A DNA stretch of 48,838 bases from Spongospora subterranea f. sp. subterranea. Taxonomy: Eukaryota. Under the pieces are notes generated by a model that had not been told where the DNA came from, did not search any database, and saw only the letters and a list, made by a program, of their open reading frames with translations. Below are positions 37,200 through 48,838 of this stretch, one piece after another. Position numbers and translations under genes: made by a program. Where the stretch lies: the NCBI GenBank assembly GCA_049724395.1, contig JAUGWO010000127.1, forward strand, positions 62,001 to 110,838, written 5' to 3'. Every line of letters starts with the position of its first letter. The first letter of the stretch is position 1.

Positions 37200-40100
37200 G
37201 TGTGAATCACACGTACATCGAACCGATATCGGAATTGATGAAGAAATCGGATGAAAAGAAGAGGGATCATTTTGCTATTGGTGCTGTTTGGAGCAATTAG
37301 AGTTGGTGGACATGATTTATCATCAATGGGAAAACGATTCCGCGACAAGTACAGAAACGCCACTACTAGATGGGCCATTGAACAATAAATATCAGCAGCT
37401 GAATAAGGAAGGGCGGAACGCTCAGGGAAAGGTGGATATTGGCGCTGCCTGACAGGAAGTGATTTTATACGAGATTCAGAGGGTAGAGGACCTCGTTAAA
37501 AACAATATTTCACTACGATTTATTCAGGACGCACTCTATGAGCTCTGTTTAGCGGCAACCTATCAATATGGGCCGATTATTGAAGACCGAATGAGAAACT
37601 TGATTTTCAAAGTGCTAGATGAAATGAAGGGGAAAGAAATGGAAGTCAAGCAACGAGACAAGTTGGGGAAATCGTTGCAAACGATTCAAAACGATTATAG
37701 ATTTGCTGACAAAATTCAATCAGCCTCATTTCCCTGTGCTCAATAGTGAACTTACATTATCAGGTCATCAATGTTCTCACCATGGTCTATTCGGAGCTCA
37801 ACGAATCAAACAACTTCTCGTTCGATAACGGGGAAGTGTTTTGGGAGATTTTGCACGAGCTGACGGTAGTCGTGAGCGGTGGTTTTGATCCAGACGAGTT
37901 CACAAGATTAGGATTCAGTTTCGTGGTGTCTCTATTGCGATATTTCATACACATGGCGCCAAACAAACTTAACCACGATAAATAACACAAAAGTAGGGAA
38001 CTAAACCCAGCCCCGCCCTATCAACATTCCATGCAATTTGATGGGGTTTTGTCAAGACGCCATCACTGGAGCGCGAGCCTTCAACGTCAATTGTATGAAC
38101 ACAAAAACCATTCTGGGAATGATATAAAAAAAGAGACTGATCGTCCGATTTGTGATGCGGAATATTAAATATCGAAACAGCTGACAAAACGTTCCGGAGC
38201 ATTTCCTTGTCTTGATCAAAACGTGGATGTCCCCAATCAGATATTCGCAATATGCCATTAAATATCGGACAGTTTGACATTGTTGAGTTTATTTTGATCG
38301 CGCGAAATCGATTTCGCGCTCGCCATCTGACCGTGATTTCTACCTGGTTTGTTGCTGGTCTAATAGGTTCCTTCAATGGATACCCAAGCTACTTGTAGCC
38401 CCCAGGAGGAATAAGGGAAAAACCTGGTAAAAATACACAGGATTACCTGAACCATTAAAACCCAGGAACATTTGTATACCATACCATCATTACCTGCATC
38501 GGTCAGATTGAGATAACAGTGATATCAACTGAGTCCAGCTCATCGCCTTCACGAGCAGTTTATCATTGATGCGGTGTCGCCTGAGTGGAGTTATTTTTCA
38601 AGACAGATAAAGAATAGGGATAAGCGGCCCTAATGCCTGAGAACTACTGATTTTGAGCAATGATGGTTGCATCATCCATTGGCGACATTGTTTAGACTCA
38701 ATCCAAATATTTGGATTGAGATTGACCATAACAGTTTATGGGGAACAAACTTCTAAAAATTGACGAAGTCCCTCGTATAATTTACCGACCTCATAGAACC
38801 ACTCGTATATCGGACCGGTATCGGACTGAGATTACAAAGACGCGATGAACAGAAGAGGGATCATCATTTTAGATATTGGTGCTGTTTGGAGATATTAGAG
38901 TTTGAGGACATTTAGTGTTTTTCAAGTCCATCAAAGCAGAATTGGCTCAGGATCAGATGGAGAACATCGATGCGCGAATCGCCCAAGAGGTCAATATGAT
39001 TTTGAAAACCCAACACATCGACAACCGGGTTAGGGGCAACTTCAAAGCGTAGGATCACATCATTCAAGAGCACGGGTTGCAGGATGTGTATGCCCATAAA
39101 GATATCAAGAAAAGAAGAATGCAAAAAACTGGTGCTAGGAATACGACCAGAAGCTCTACAAGCAGCAGTAGATCGAGCAATACAATTTATATACAAATGA
39201 CAAGACGCCAATAAGGATGAACAGCCACTGTATAAATTGATCAAGAAAAGTTCAAGAAGCAGAAAGAATTTTTTTCCATTCAGAAGGAAGTTGACGAAAA
39301 GCACTCGAAGCAAACACACGAACCTAAGAGAAACTCAATATCGAATCGGTCGCAAGAAGTACCCATCAACAAGACAGGTTCTCTGTCAGCCAGGCCACTG
39401 TTGTCCCGAACGATTCCATTCCCGATACCTTGACCGCGATCTGCCAGAGGGTGGATGGTTAGTCTGCCATGGCCGCCATTGGGTACAGGTCTGTCGTCCT
39501 GTTTTGATCCTATGTGAACTGCTCTACATGAACTAATCCATGTCAAAGACGATTATCGTCTCTGTTTTTTTCCAGACGCTTCTAAGGATTGTTGTTTCTG
39601 CTTTCTCAGATTCCCGCCGAAGTCATTCAGAAACAATTCAGCTCACAACGACATGAACCTCTGGCTTTCATCAGCGGTGCTTTCAAGGGACGTCATCTCC
39701 GATGGGCTACTATCGAGAAAGAAGATTTTCCAATCGTAGAAGGTATACACCGTTTACGACATTTTCTACATACGAAACATCCGTTTACCATATTCATTGA
39801 TCATCGAAATTTGGTTTATATCCTCGATCCCACTTCACAAACGTCGTCGATTCGAAAGATCGTTTAGCACGGTGGGAAATGCAATTAGGCCAGCATCATA
39901 TCAATATTACTCATACTCCTGTTGAGGATAATCACTGGGGCTGATTTAGGAACGCGTTGGGGTCTCGAACCCATTATTCCCGCTTCGCCGCTTGTTGCCA
40001 AACGACTTCGTATCCCGCTCGAATCATATCGTATCACGAATGATTTTGTTTGGCCTTATCTGTCCGATATATCTCGATCTCAGCAGACATTCGTTTCTTA

Positions 40101-40340
40101 CAATGCCTGTCCCATCAACAAACGGCAAGTTAATTCACAGGGAGCGATACTATTCTTAATTTTGACAACGACTTAATTTTTTGGAATGCTCCTGCTGGTC
40201 AGGTTTGGAAACCTGAAGTCAGTTTTCAGGTTAGGGTTTGTGTTATTGCCCATATGGGTATTTCAGGTCATCTCGTCGCCGATTCCATAATATCGGCTAT
40301 ATCGAAATACTTCTGGTGACCCGACATGACAGATTTCTCC
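37200..40340 (+). mobile_element. Fragmented Ty3/gypsy retrotransposon remnants (two gag-like starts, RNase H, integrase Zn finger)
   Basis: PDAS...HEPLAFISGAFKGRHLRWATIEKE...FIDHRNLVYI (RT-RNase H) and IAHMGISGH...KYFW (integrase H2C2 region). A related segment is duplicated at ~37250 and ~38845. Confidence 0.75.
38347..38490 (+). mobile_element. 5'-truncated, diverged SINE-like copy
   Basis: Matches the 3' third of 5191-5612, including the TATACCATACCAT tail. TACCTG flanks both sides (38341-38346 and 38491-38496). Confidence 0.75.
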
Positions 40341-41224
40341 CATCCAGCAGAAATTAATCGAACTCTGAACCAAGACCCAAATCACCTAATATGCGAACAA
40401 TGGAATGTTCCCTCCATGGCTGGCTTTTGTCAACGGAGCGACTCTGGAAACATTTGTCATTATAAATCAGCGATTGTATTGAGATGAGAAGGAGGGGAGG
40501 GACTGGAACCCAAAAGTAATACGGTGCGAAGGGAATTAGGTAAATGGTACAAGTGAAATGTTGACTCAATAGGCGAGTTGACAGAACTGACCTATTCTCA
40601 CCTAAACATTTGTATTATCAAGGGATTACGGGTTGTCACCGCATACTGTACTACCCTGATTTGGTCGCGCCTGTGGCAATTGCATATTCTGACAGCAGCT
40701 GATGATATCCCAACCGACATCGTCATATTACCTTTCTAAATCCAATCAAGTGTTCTCTACATCGGTGACTACAGTATCGTACTTGTTGTCAACGTCAAAA
40801 TAAGACGAAACTAAACAGTTTAAAGTTTTACGATTAATCTTCATCAGACAGCAACTCGAGACTTGACCCTTGTGAGAAGGCATCATCATTTTCAGAAACT
40901 TGTTGTCGATTTAGTTGGCCACCGTCTTCCTTATTTTCGGGATCTGTGTTTTGCCTATGATTGGTCGCCGTGAGATGAGCTCTGATAATGTAAAGTAGTA
41001 ATGAATCAGGTTAACGATTACCATTGCTGCAACGAGGGTGTTGGCGGTATTGTTGGCCATGGTTGCCCCAACCTTATACCGTCGTCAACGATAGTGAATT
41101 GCTCAGAAGTGTCAGCTTTGTCAGGCATTACCCTCTCAGATAATGAGTAAATGGAATCACCGTCTTCATCAGGATCCTACATCATCATATCAGTTGTCTG
41201 ACCAGACCTGTTCGGATCGTAGCA

Positions 41225-42153
41225 TGGCGATGCCATCCGATGCCATCATTGCACGACCCGCATCGTCGTCATCTACTCCAGCACTCAATATAGAGATGCA
41301 CGAATCGATCCTTCGGACGCATCAACGTAGTCTGGAGTTTCGCCCAAAAATACATCCAAGGCGTATGCATGTCGGCATGCGGAATTTCAAGCATGGTCCA
41401 CCGACAAAGGTTTTACCGATGGCCACACGGTGACCGGAGACAAATTGCACTTATTTCTCGATGAGCAGGTCATTGACCGACATTTTAGAAAGAGAGAAGC
41501 AACATCGAACGAATCGATTGGCAAAGTCGGGAAGTCCACCGTGTGCGGATACGCGGCTGCAATAGTTGATCTCTGGCGTCAACAAACATCTATGAAGATG
41601 AATTCAAATCCAAATCCCCGTGATTCGAATGTTAAACGATTGCGAAGAATGCAGATTACGGGACGCAGCAGCACCGCCGCAATAACTTTATCGATCGCGA
41701 TATTGTACAGAATCTTTGGTACTAACGATCGCATTAACTGTACCAAAAATTCCTTTAGCGATCCTGACTTCCTAATTTTTTTGATCTAAATAAACAGCGC
41801 TTAGGTTCCTGCGTCAACCAACGCTTGCGGAATCTGCATTTTAGATCAAAAAAGATTAGGAAGTCAGGATCGCTAAATGAATTTTGGTACAGTTAATGCG
41901 ATCGTTAGTACCAAAGATTCTGTACAGATATAGGAAGCCTTATTGATGGATACACGACTATCGACCAGATTGTCAACATCGCAAAACATATTTGGGGTAA
42001 AAGCAATGACCACGGGCAACATTTTCGAAACCTATGTGCCTTTTTCATGTCTCACTATGCACTTCTTCGAGATGAAACTCTTCGAAGTTCAAAATTTGCG
42101 GATTTGCGCTCAGTACAGTTAGGGAAGGAAGGGTTCTCTGTTTGCAATGCAAA
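41225..42153 (+). pseudogene. Crypton-type tyrosine recombinase (NDC10-like) N-terminal remnant
   Basis: Across frameshifts it reads RPK.TSKAY...VTGDKLHLFL...YAAAIVDLWRQQ...NPNPR...FIDRDIGSLIDGYTT...SHYALLRDE. It is split by a MITE and truncated by the piggyBac-like element. Confidence 0.8.
41704..41926. mobile_element. MITE, 223 bp, ~85-bp TIRs, 5-bp TSD
   Basis: TGTACAGAATCTTTGGTACTAACG... with its reverse complement at the other end. TSD GATAT at 41699-41703 and 41927-41931. Excision restores the Crypton frame D-R-D-I-G-S. Confidence 0.92.
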
Positions 42154-42368
42154 CCCTGATCGAGCGCCGGGATTATGAAAAAAATCGATACCGCCGGGGT
42201 TCAAAAAACCTGATTTTTCAAGTTTAAAAGCCAATAATCTGTTTATGATTGATTTTTATAAAAAATTGTACGCATATTGATAATCGGATTTTCTAGCCAG
42301 GGCTGATTCACCGTGGTCCAGATCGTTAGGGTACCTTCATTTGCTCATTTAGACTTCTGCAGTTTTTG

Positions 42369-45300
42369 ATGGCTGACCTACAAGCCTTTTTCGAAGACGA
42401 TTATGCCGGCGACGAACTTGCCGAATTGATGTGCAGATCTGACAATGGGTTTGAGGACGGATGCTGTCGCCAACTGGTACGGACCACGAGCTCTTGTTGA
42501 CTGCCAAAACCGAGATTTTTGCGGTTTTTAGCAACGCCAGAAGCTTGATGAATAGTCAACAAATTACGCTGAGCGAATGCGTAATTTTTTTTTCGATGGA
42601 ATTGATCACGAATTAAGTGATGCACTGCGTGAGGGGATCCCCGTAGGGCAATCCGTTTCCAGCCAGGACCTGGTAGCGTTCATCAAAGTTTTAGTCTATC
42701 TCTCGATATATGGTGTCACACCCTCCGTGTTTTTCGATCCTCAACATGCTTTCCTTTATCCAAATGCTGAGAACTGCAACAGTGTTTCATTTACCACCAT
42801 AATGAACGCTTTCAAGCGCAAAAACCATTCGGAATCGACCTTAGCAACGTGGGATCGTCCGTTTTCATCGGATACTTTGATAAGACGGACCGAGGTTGCG
42901 TTTTCGAGGACAGCATCCGAACTCGCATTCGTTCCTGCAACCACAATTTTGTCAATTGATGACGATCAGTATCGGTTGACATCCGCGCTATCTGAACAAA
43001 TGGGATTTACAAGAGTTGATAATGCGAAGAAAGCGTTTGGAATAGTCTCAACTAACACTGTATCTTTGACAACTGGGGCTGCTTCTAGGGATGCGCCTGT
43101 TAGAAAAAAGTAAAAGCTTTGCAGATGTGGTTCGTATGCTGCTCATGCATATTCACTCAGTACAACTGCCTGAACAAGTTAAGGGCACAAACTTGATTTG
43201 TTTGGACCGAGGATACAATGGCCCGAGTTTGATTGAATATCTGTTGAAGTGTGGGTTCCAGCTTCTAGGAACTCATAAAAGAATGAGATCGTTTCCTTTT
43301 GTTTTCGGTGACGTTCAAAGCAAAATAGGATCCAGAAGGTAGTCAGTGTGTTTCAAGTTTGTTTTCTAACTCATAGTGTTGACCAGAATGGTGCCCGAAC
43401 TTGGCTGTAAATCATTGTATCTGGCCAAGAAGCGGTATGGGGACAGGGATTTGTATGCCATCGCTTACCGAAGTGGCAGAGGACATGTGGCAACTCTAAT
43501 TGCCAGCAATCCTCGAGCGGCATCATGGATTTACGTTCCCAAAAAACCGTCATCGGTCACCATGTCAGTTCCAGGGCATGAACTGACTCAGCAAACTATC
43601 GATCGCAATGTTGAGGCCCTAACTGATGCTCAAGGTGGATTTGACTGGCACATTATGCGAGCAGGTTGCTGTTTGGTGACGTTAACATTAGCAAGTGCTG
43701 CTGTTCGGGCGTTTACAACATTTCTAGACCCGGGGCAAATGGCTCGCTTCGTCGATCGCAGATTCTAACATCTGATGCGCCTGTGGCAACGGGAAATTGT
43801 CCTGACCTGTCTGCAGAGCAATTCAATCAATTGACAATTCCACAGTTGAAAGAACTTGCTAGCAACTTACAGCTGCAGTGCAATGGGACAAAACAATCGG
43901 TGATAGTTCGAATCCGTGGTGCCATCCCTTCTATGCGAATATTTTCTGTTATGATGAAGAAGTGGTTCATGAAGCCATTGCGAAGTCATCCCTTTAAGTA
44001 GGAAGTGCAAACGAGAGCAATATTGTGAATGCATTGCCTTCTTGGATCGAGATCCATTGCCCTGATCTGTTGATAGTGAACGCAGAAATTGTTCATAGAG
44101 TACTCCTCCACAGTTTAACTGTTCCAACAATGGCGACATCTGTCGATGGAATTTGCGTTATGCAGTCAAGTACAGCGGCAGAAGATGAGGAACTGTTTGT
44201 TTGCATTCTGGAATTGAAAACGGCCACTACGATCACCACAATCACAATGGCAAAAGAGCGGCTAGAACGCGCTTGCAACATCTCGCAAGAGGTCGCACAG
44301 CGGTTTTTCAGAATCGACGCTTGTTCGGACCTGTTTTCTCTGTTGGTTTGGACGCCTGATTATCGCGGACAGGGTGCTTCATCATGCATCAACCACTACG
44401 TGTTCTCGAGTACTCTTTGTTGTTGCTAGTGATCATGCAATCATTTACGCGGCCTTGATCAAGTTTAATTATCTAGATTTGATTCAATATTCCTGTATCA
44501 TAACGATGATTACTTCCAGGGTCGAGCCAATGCTGGAACCTGAGTTCCTGATCGCCGCTCCTCCCGAAGCGCTACATCACGCTGTCGATAGTTCTACTGT
44601 TCATTTGTGGAGGTCTATGGCTGAGGCAATACGTTTACGACGCTCGGCATCCCACAGCTTGCCTCCTTGCCACGAAATTGTGCCATACGTGGTTTCAATG
44701 TGGAACCACACCAAAGGAGGGCAAGATGTCGTTTCAAGGCAATTAAAGAATGTTAAAGTGGATTTCCGCTCCCTGACTCCTCGGGCCTACATTTACATTA
44801 GATTTATTATGTCGTCGATCATCAACGCTCATCATCTTCACCGACTGTCACAGAATGAGCACAAACTTGACAGCTTTGACAGCTACCAAAAGTGGAAAGG
44901 TTACCTCAACCGCGAGCAATCATTCCTACAGTTTCTGGTGAGAATGGTTAAAGAATGGATTTCCTTCTCCCAGGATGTCAGATCGCAGCTCCAATGACAT
45001 TATTGGCAGCGGTGGATTGTCATTGTCTCAGCTATCAAGACAGGAACAGCGTGCTCAAGGTGATCCAGTCCGAAGTGTTCCAAAATATCGGAAGGAAGAG
45101 TTTTACAACAGACCAGAAAATTCAGTGGTCCGACTGACGGTATCAGCAGAATGGCCTTACGACCGATCGTCACGTTCCAGCAGACGTTGCCTTTTGTGCG
45201 ATGGAAGAACAACATCATATTGCACAACGTGTGATGTGAATATATGTTCAACGGCGCATCACCGTCATCGCAAATCTTGCTGGGAGAAATTTAATTTAGT

Positions 45301-45454
45301 ACTTAAGCTAGAGAAGGTGAACAACCAGTTGCCAGAGGGCACCGAGGTCGGTTGGGCAAGAGACCAATCCCTCCAACTCCAACAAGTTAGCAGCAAGCTG
45401 ATCAACAAAATGCAGGTGGTAAGCAACTTAACGATATGGACTTTGAATTTCTAA
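42369..45454 (+). pseudogene. Frameshifted piggyBac-like transposase with inserted YqaJ-like nuclease and SAP domain, plus C-terminal Cys-rich domain
   Basis: LSIDDD (~42958), CLDRGY...LLGTHK (~43205), WNHTKGGQD (~44725) and RCLLC...YCTTCDVNIC...CW (~45185-45285). The insert ~43610-44450 has Q...DWHIMR, a SAP motif, GSANE, ATSVDGI, LELKT and YRGQ. One intron at ~43339-43377. Confidence 0.75.
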
Positions 45455-45596
45455 CCGTTGATATGTCTAAGGGAACGGGTTACGCCGTCGACCTCGTTCT
45501 CATGGGTCAAAAATAAGTCGAAAAAGCATTCCAATAAAGTGATATAAGAACTGATAAATGCCTTGAGCGGGGGTATATATTATATTCCGCCCCATA

Positions 45597-45641
45597 CAAA
45601 TGTCCGTGTCAATTTTTGGAAAAAATTGACACGGACATTTG
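45597..45641. repeat. Perfect hairpin, 21-bp arms, 3-nt loop
   Basis: CAAATGTCCGTGTCAATTTTT-GGA-AAAAATTGACACGGACATTTG. Confidence 0.9.
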
Positions 45642-45875
45642 GGTTTTGTAAAAACTAAAAAAGTTTCAGAAAAAAAAATATATATTTGTAGTTAGAAAAT
45701 TTGCCATTCCACAGGTTTTTCTTATCAATTTTTCCCTAAAAACCAATATTTTGCGAATTATGGGTAAAAGGATCGTTGTGGAAAATAATATATACCGCCA
45801 CGGGGTCCGATCAGGGTTAAGGCAAAACAACCCAATTTGTGCGCAACGATTTTGGGGCTTTCGTTCGCAAATTAA

Positions 45876-46281
45876 GCTTGGTTCCTGTCTGTCCCTGTTG
45901 GTGGCAGGCATGTCCCGGTGAGCGTTAGGCATGAGCTCGAAACCCCGTGAGTGATGGAATTTTGGGAGACCCCCCAAGGTTGCATCCAATACGGAAAAAT
46001 ATAGTGAATGTTGAGCACGACGGTCTGACCACGTGGCCTTTAATGAATGTAGGAGAGCGAGCTGCCTGCAGTAACTTCGGAACTCTGGATAAGCAGTGAA
46101 ATCGGGTGGGGGCAGGCCCCATTCTGTGTGGTCGTTAGGACAGGTTATGTTGCTGAATCCAGCTGGTCAGTGGATACCCAAGCTACTTGTAGCGGCCAGG
46201 TGGAAGTAAAGAAAACCTGGTAGTACACAGGCTTACTCAACCCATAAGAACCCGCGAACCTTTGTATACCATACCATACCA
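45876..46281 (+). mobile_element. SINE-like copy 2 (near full length)
   Basis: 12-bp TSD TTTCGTTCGCAA (45859-45870 and 46282-46293), with the same head and (TACCA)n tail as copy 1. Confidence 0.85.
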
Positions 46282-46293
46282 TTTCGTTCGCAA

Positions 46294-46493
46294 GCTTGGT
46301 TCCTGTCTGTCCGTGTTGGTGTCAGGCATGTTCAGGTGAATGTTAGGCATGAATTCGAAACCCCGTGAGCGATGGAATTTTGGGATACCCCCCCAAGGTT
46401 GCATCCAATACGGAAAAGTAGAGTGAATGTTGAGCACGAAGGTCTGACCACGTGGCCTCTAATGAATGTGGGGAGAGCGAGCTGCCTGCAGTA
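46294..46493 (+). mobile_element. SINE-like copy 3 (3'-truncated)
   Basis: Begins GCTTGGTTCCTGTCTGTCC like the other copies; similarity stops after GCTGCCTGCAGTA. Confidence 0.8.
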
Positions 46494-46556
46494 GGGGTTG
46501 TCAAAGTTAAAACTCCGTGACAAAATAATCGATTCTTTTGGACAAAATCCAAGTCA

Positions 46557-46622
46557 AAAGAATCGAATCTTTTTAACAGATGTTGGTCCCGGACCAACAT
46601 CTGTTAAAAGATTCGATTCTTT
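46557..46622. repeat. Near-perfect palindrome, ~32-bp arms, 1-nt loop
   Basis: AAAGAATCGAATCTTTTTAACAGATGTTGGTCC-C-GGACCAACATCTGTTAAAAGATTCGATTCTTT, with one T indel. Confidence 0.9.
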
Positions 46623-47099
46623 CTACGGACTTAATCTGGACTTATCTACCTATTGCAGTTTCCCTCTGAACTATGCCAAGATTATCGGATCGAGGTCAAT
46701 TACTTTCCGACATTGAGCGTCTCATCAGGCTCCTGGCTATCGATCATAGCAGCGCCCAACTAATGCAGCCGGATTTGGCCTTCAATCTACGTCAGCAAAT
46801 CGACGATTTACTGAGTTTGAAGTTCGGGATTTTGTGTTATCAGCTGCTCTGATCGCTGATGCAGCTAAAGGTTCATGACTGTTGATTCATGGCCAACATG
46901 TCTCCACGCCAAATGCCCAATCATTCTTGCCCCTTTCCACAACTCGGTCTGAAACCGCTAATTACTGCGCGAGTCGCGTATCTCGAGATGGTGCTCGTGA
47001 TGAGGGTAAGTGAAGGTGATGTTCTACGATCTGCTGCCGCCAAGGGAGGAAGCGGAGGGCTAAGGGAAGCTAGCCTTACCCAAGGAAGCGACCCATCCC

Positions 47100-48838
47100 G
47101 ATAGCCGATTTTCAACCCAAGATGATCGACTGACACTACCCGGGCAGTGAAGGTTTCAAACCGACACTGTTGCCCAGGACTTACGAAAACTCGTCCTTTT
47201 GGACAACGACCCATCACGAGGACAGCGAAAGTTATTTACTTGAACTTAAGCCTCGTGAATACAACAACTTATTGTTTCAAACAATTACGATTCAGTTTTT
47301 TGGAAATAAAGGTCAGCTTTTTATTTTGTCACCCAAAAAGCACAGATCCCTGCCCTTCTGGACAACCAAACTCATAGTCAATAAGGCACGACAACCATAC
47401 AAAAAACAATGCGAACCGACCATCAGAATTAAATTTCTGAACGAAAACATTATGCATCACCATAGTTACAATAACCTATCGTATCTACAACAAACCAGAC
47501 ACTTAATAACACACCAATTGATACATCCAATAAAACAAACACTCTCACCTGCAGAAGCACAATAAATACAAAAAGAACAGCACAACTGTAATCCGCTTGT
47601 TAAAGCAGTGGCAACAAAATGAAAATCGTCGTCGAAACTCCACAGAGATGCGATCCCGACAACAACAAGCACTGCGTGTCATCCCTCCAGGTCGCATCAA
47701 GTCACCGTGACAGTTCAAAAATCATTACCATGTTACACACATTACACAAATTACCTCCTATGAGAGTGAATAGCAGAAGGTTGCACGCCGCGAACCTCAA
47801 TTATAGGAACAGTTATCAAATGACCAAAATCGCAGACCACATAATGCATGACACTCCAATGAGTGCCGACTGTCACACCGAATGAACACTTTTAACACTA
47901 ACACACCATACCTGTGAACAAACCAGAGAGCCAAGGACTGCACTAATCCATCAATACAAACAATCACACCCCAAAATAAAGTCATTGATCTCACCACAGA
48001 CACACAACAAAGAAGGCAAGAAACAACAACGATAACTACCTCGAAACAAGGACCACAAGTCCAAAAACGTGATGGAATGCACCGAAAACACGGTTGATTG
48101 AAATGATCCAAGAGCTATACGTTTTCAAAGATGTAATTGGGTTAGGAAACTGTGCCCTGGAAGCAATCCGAACATCAGGGGCCATCCCTACTCTATCCGT
48201 TCAACAATTGAGAAAGTATCTGTCGAATACGAGAGTGGCCCACAGCAGCACGTGTGCTATAGCACAACGCATATCGAACCACGGCAGCATCATTACCATG
48301 AGGGCATTACACTAGATGATTACCTCGACATAATGCAACAAGATCGTCAATGGGCTGGGGCTATTTGAGCTCACGATAGCGGCATTCCTGTTCAAAATCA
48401 ACATCATCATAATAAGCCCACTCCACAAAAGCCGTTTATAAAGTATCCGAAAATTGATTGATAATTCCTTTCCAAAACTACGAGACAGCAGGGAATGGAA
48501 GGACCGACAATACACCTACTGCATCATAACAGGGAAACCCATCGACCCGAATGGAACACACCAGCCTCAACCACTATGCAACTTTGTTCCCGGTAAATAT
48601 GGACGGCCGAAACTCGAAAATCCAACGCCCATGACAGAAGAACAATGTGAGCAGTACATCTCGCACTATAAAGAGAATTCCACTAAACGTAAAATCGACA
48701 GACACAAAAAACCAGAATGCAACGTCTCAGAAACAAAACAAAGAATCTTGAATCGACCGACAAAAATGCTTCCAAACACTGACTGTAAAAAACTCTCACG
48801 TGGCAGCAGGACCAAACAGAACCTTCAACAAACAAAAA
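47100..48838 (+). other. A/C-skewed degenerate coding-like region, possibly a non-LTR retroelement 5' part
   Basis: Strong A/C strand bias and broken reading frames, with no diagnostic motif recognised. Confidence 0.25.

Larger units (their letters stand above)
42154..45816 (+). mobile_element. piggyBac-like DNA transposon
   Basis: Ends CCCTGATCG... and ...CGATCAGGG. TTAA follows the right end (45817-45820); the left flank is CAAA. It contains a piggyBac-type transposase gene. Confidence 0.8.

Overview
Eukaryotic, intron-rich DNA with short GT-AG introns. The style suggests a protist such as a plasmodiophorid, but that is inference only. Host genes are Sin3 (3' end), TTI1, an F-box-like ORF, OSCP1, a DDX3/DED1 helicase and a PA-domain multipass membrane protein. 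They sit between dense, nested transposon graveyards. The mobile DNA includes an apparently intact TA-flanked IS630/Tc1-like element with a very long D-to-E spacer, copia, gypsy and CRE-like remnants, two solo LTRs, four copies of a SINE-like retroposon with TSDs, and a Crypton remnant split by a TGT..ACA MITE. Two cargo-carrying DNA transposons stand out. The first is a piggyBac-like element (42154-45816) whose DDD core is interrupted by a YqaJ/lambda-exonuclease-like PD-(D/E)XK domain with a nested SAP domain; this is the best candidate for an undescribed system. The second is a Mutator-like transposase (12642-16074) with an N-terminal GCM-like domain and a C-terminal USP-like cysteine protease. 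All domain calls are by eye from motifs; no searches were run.
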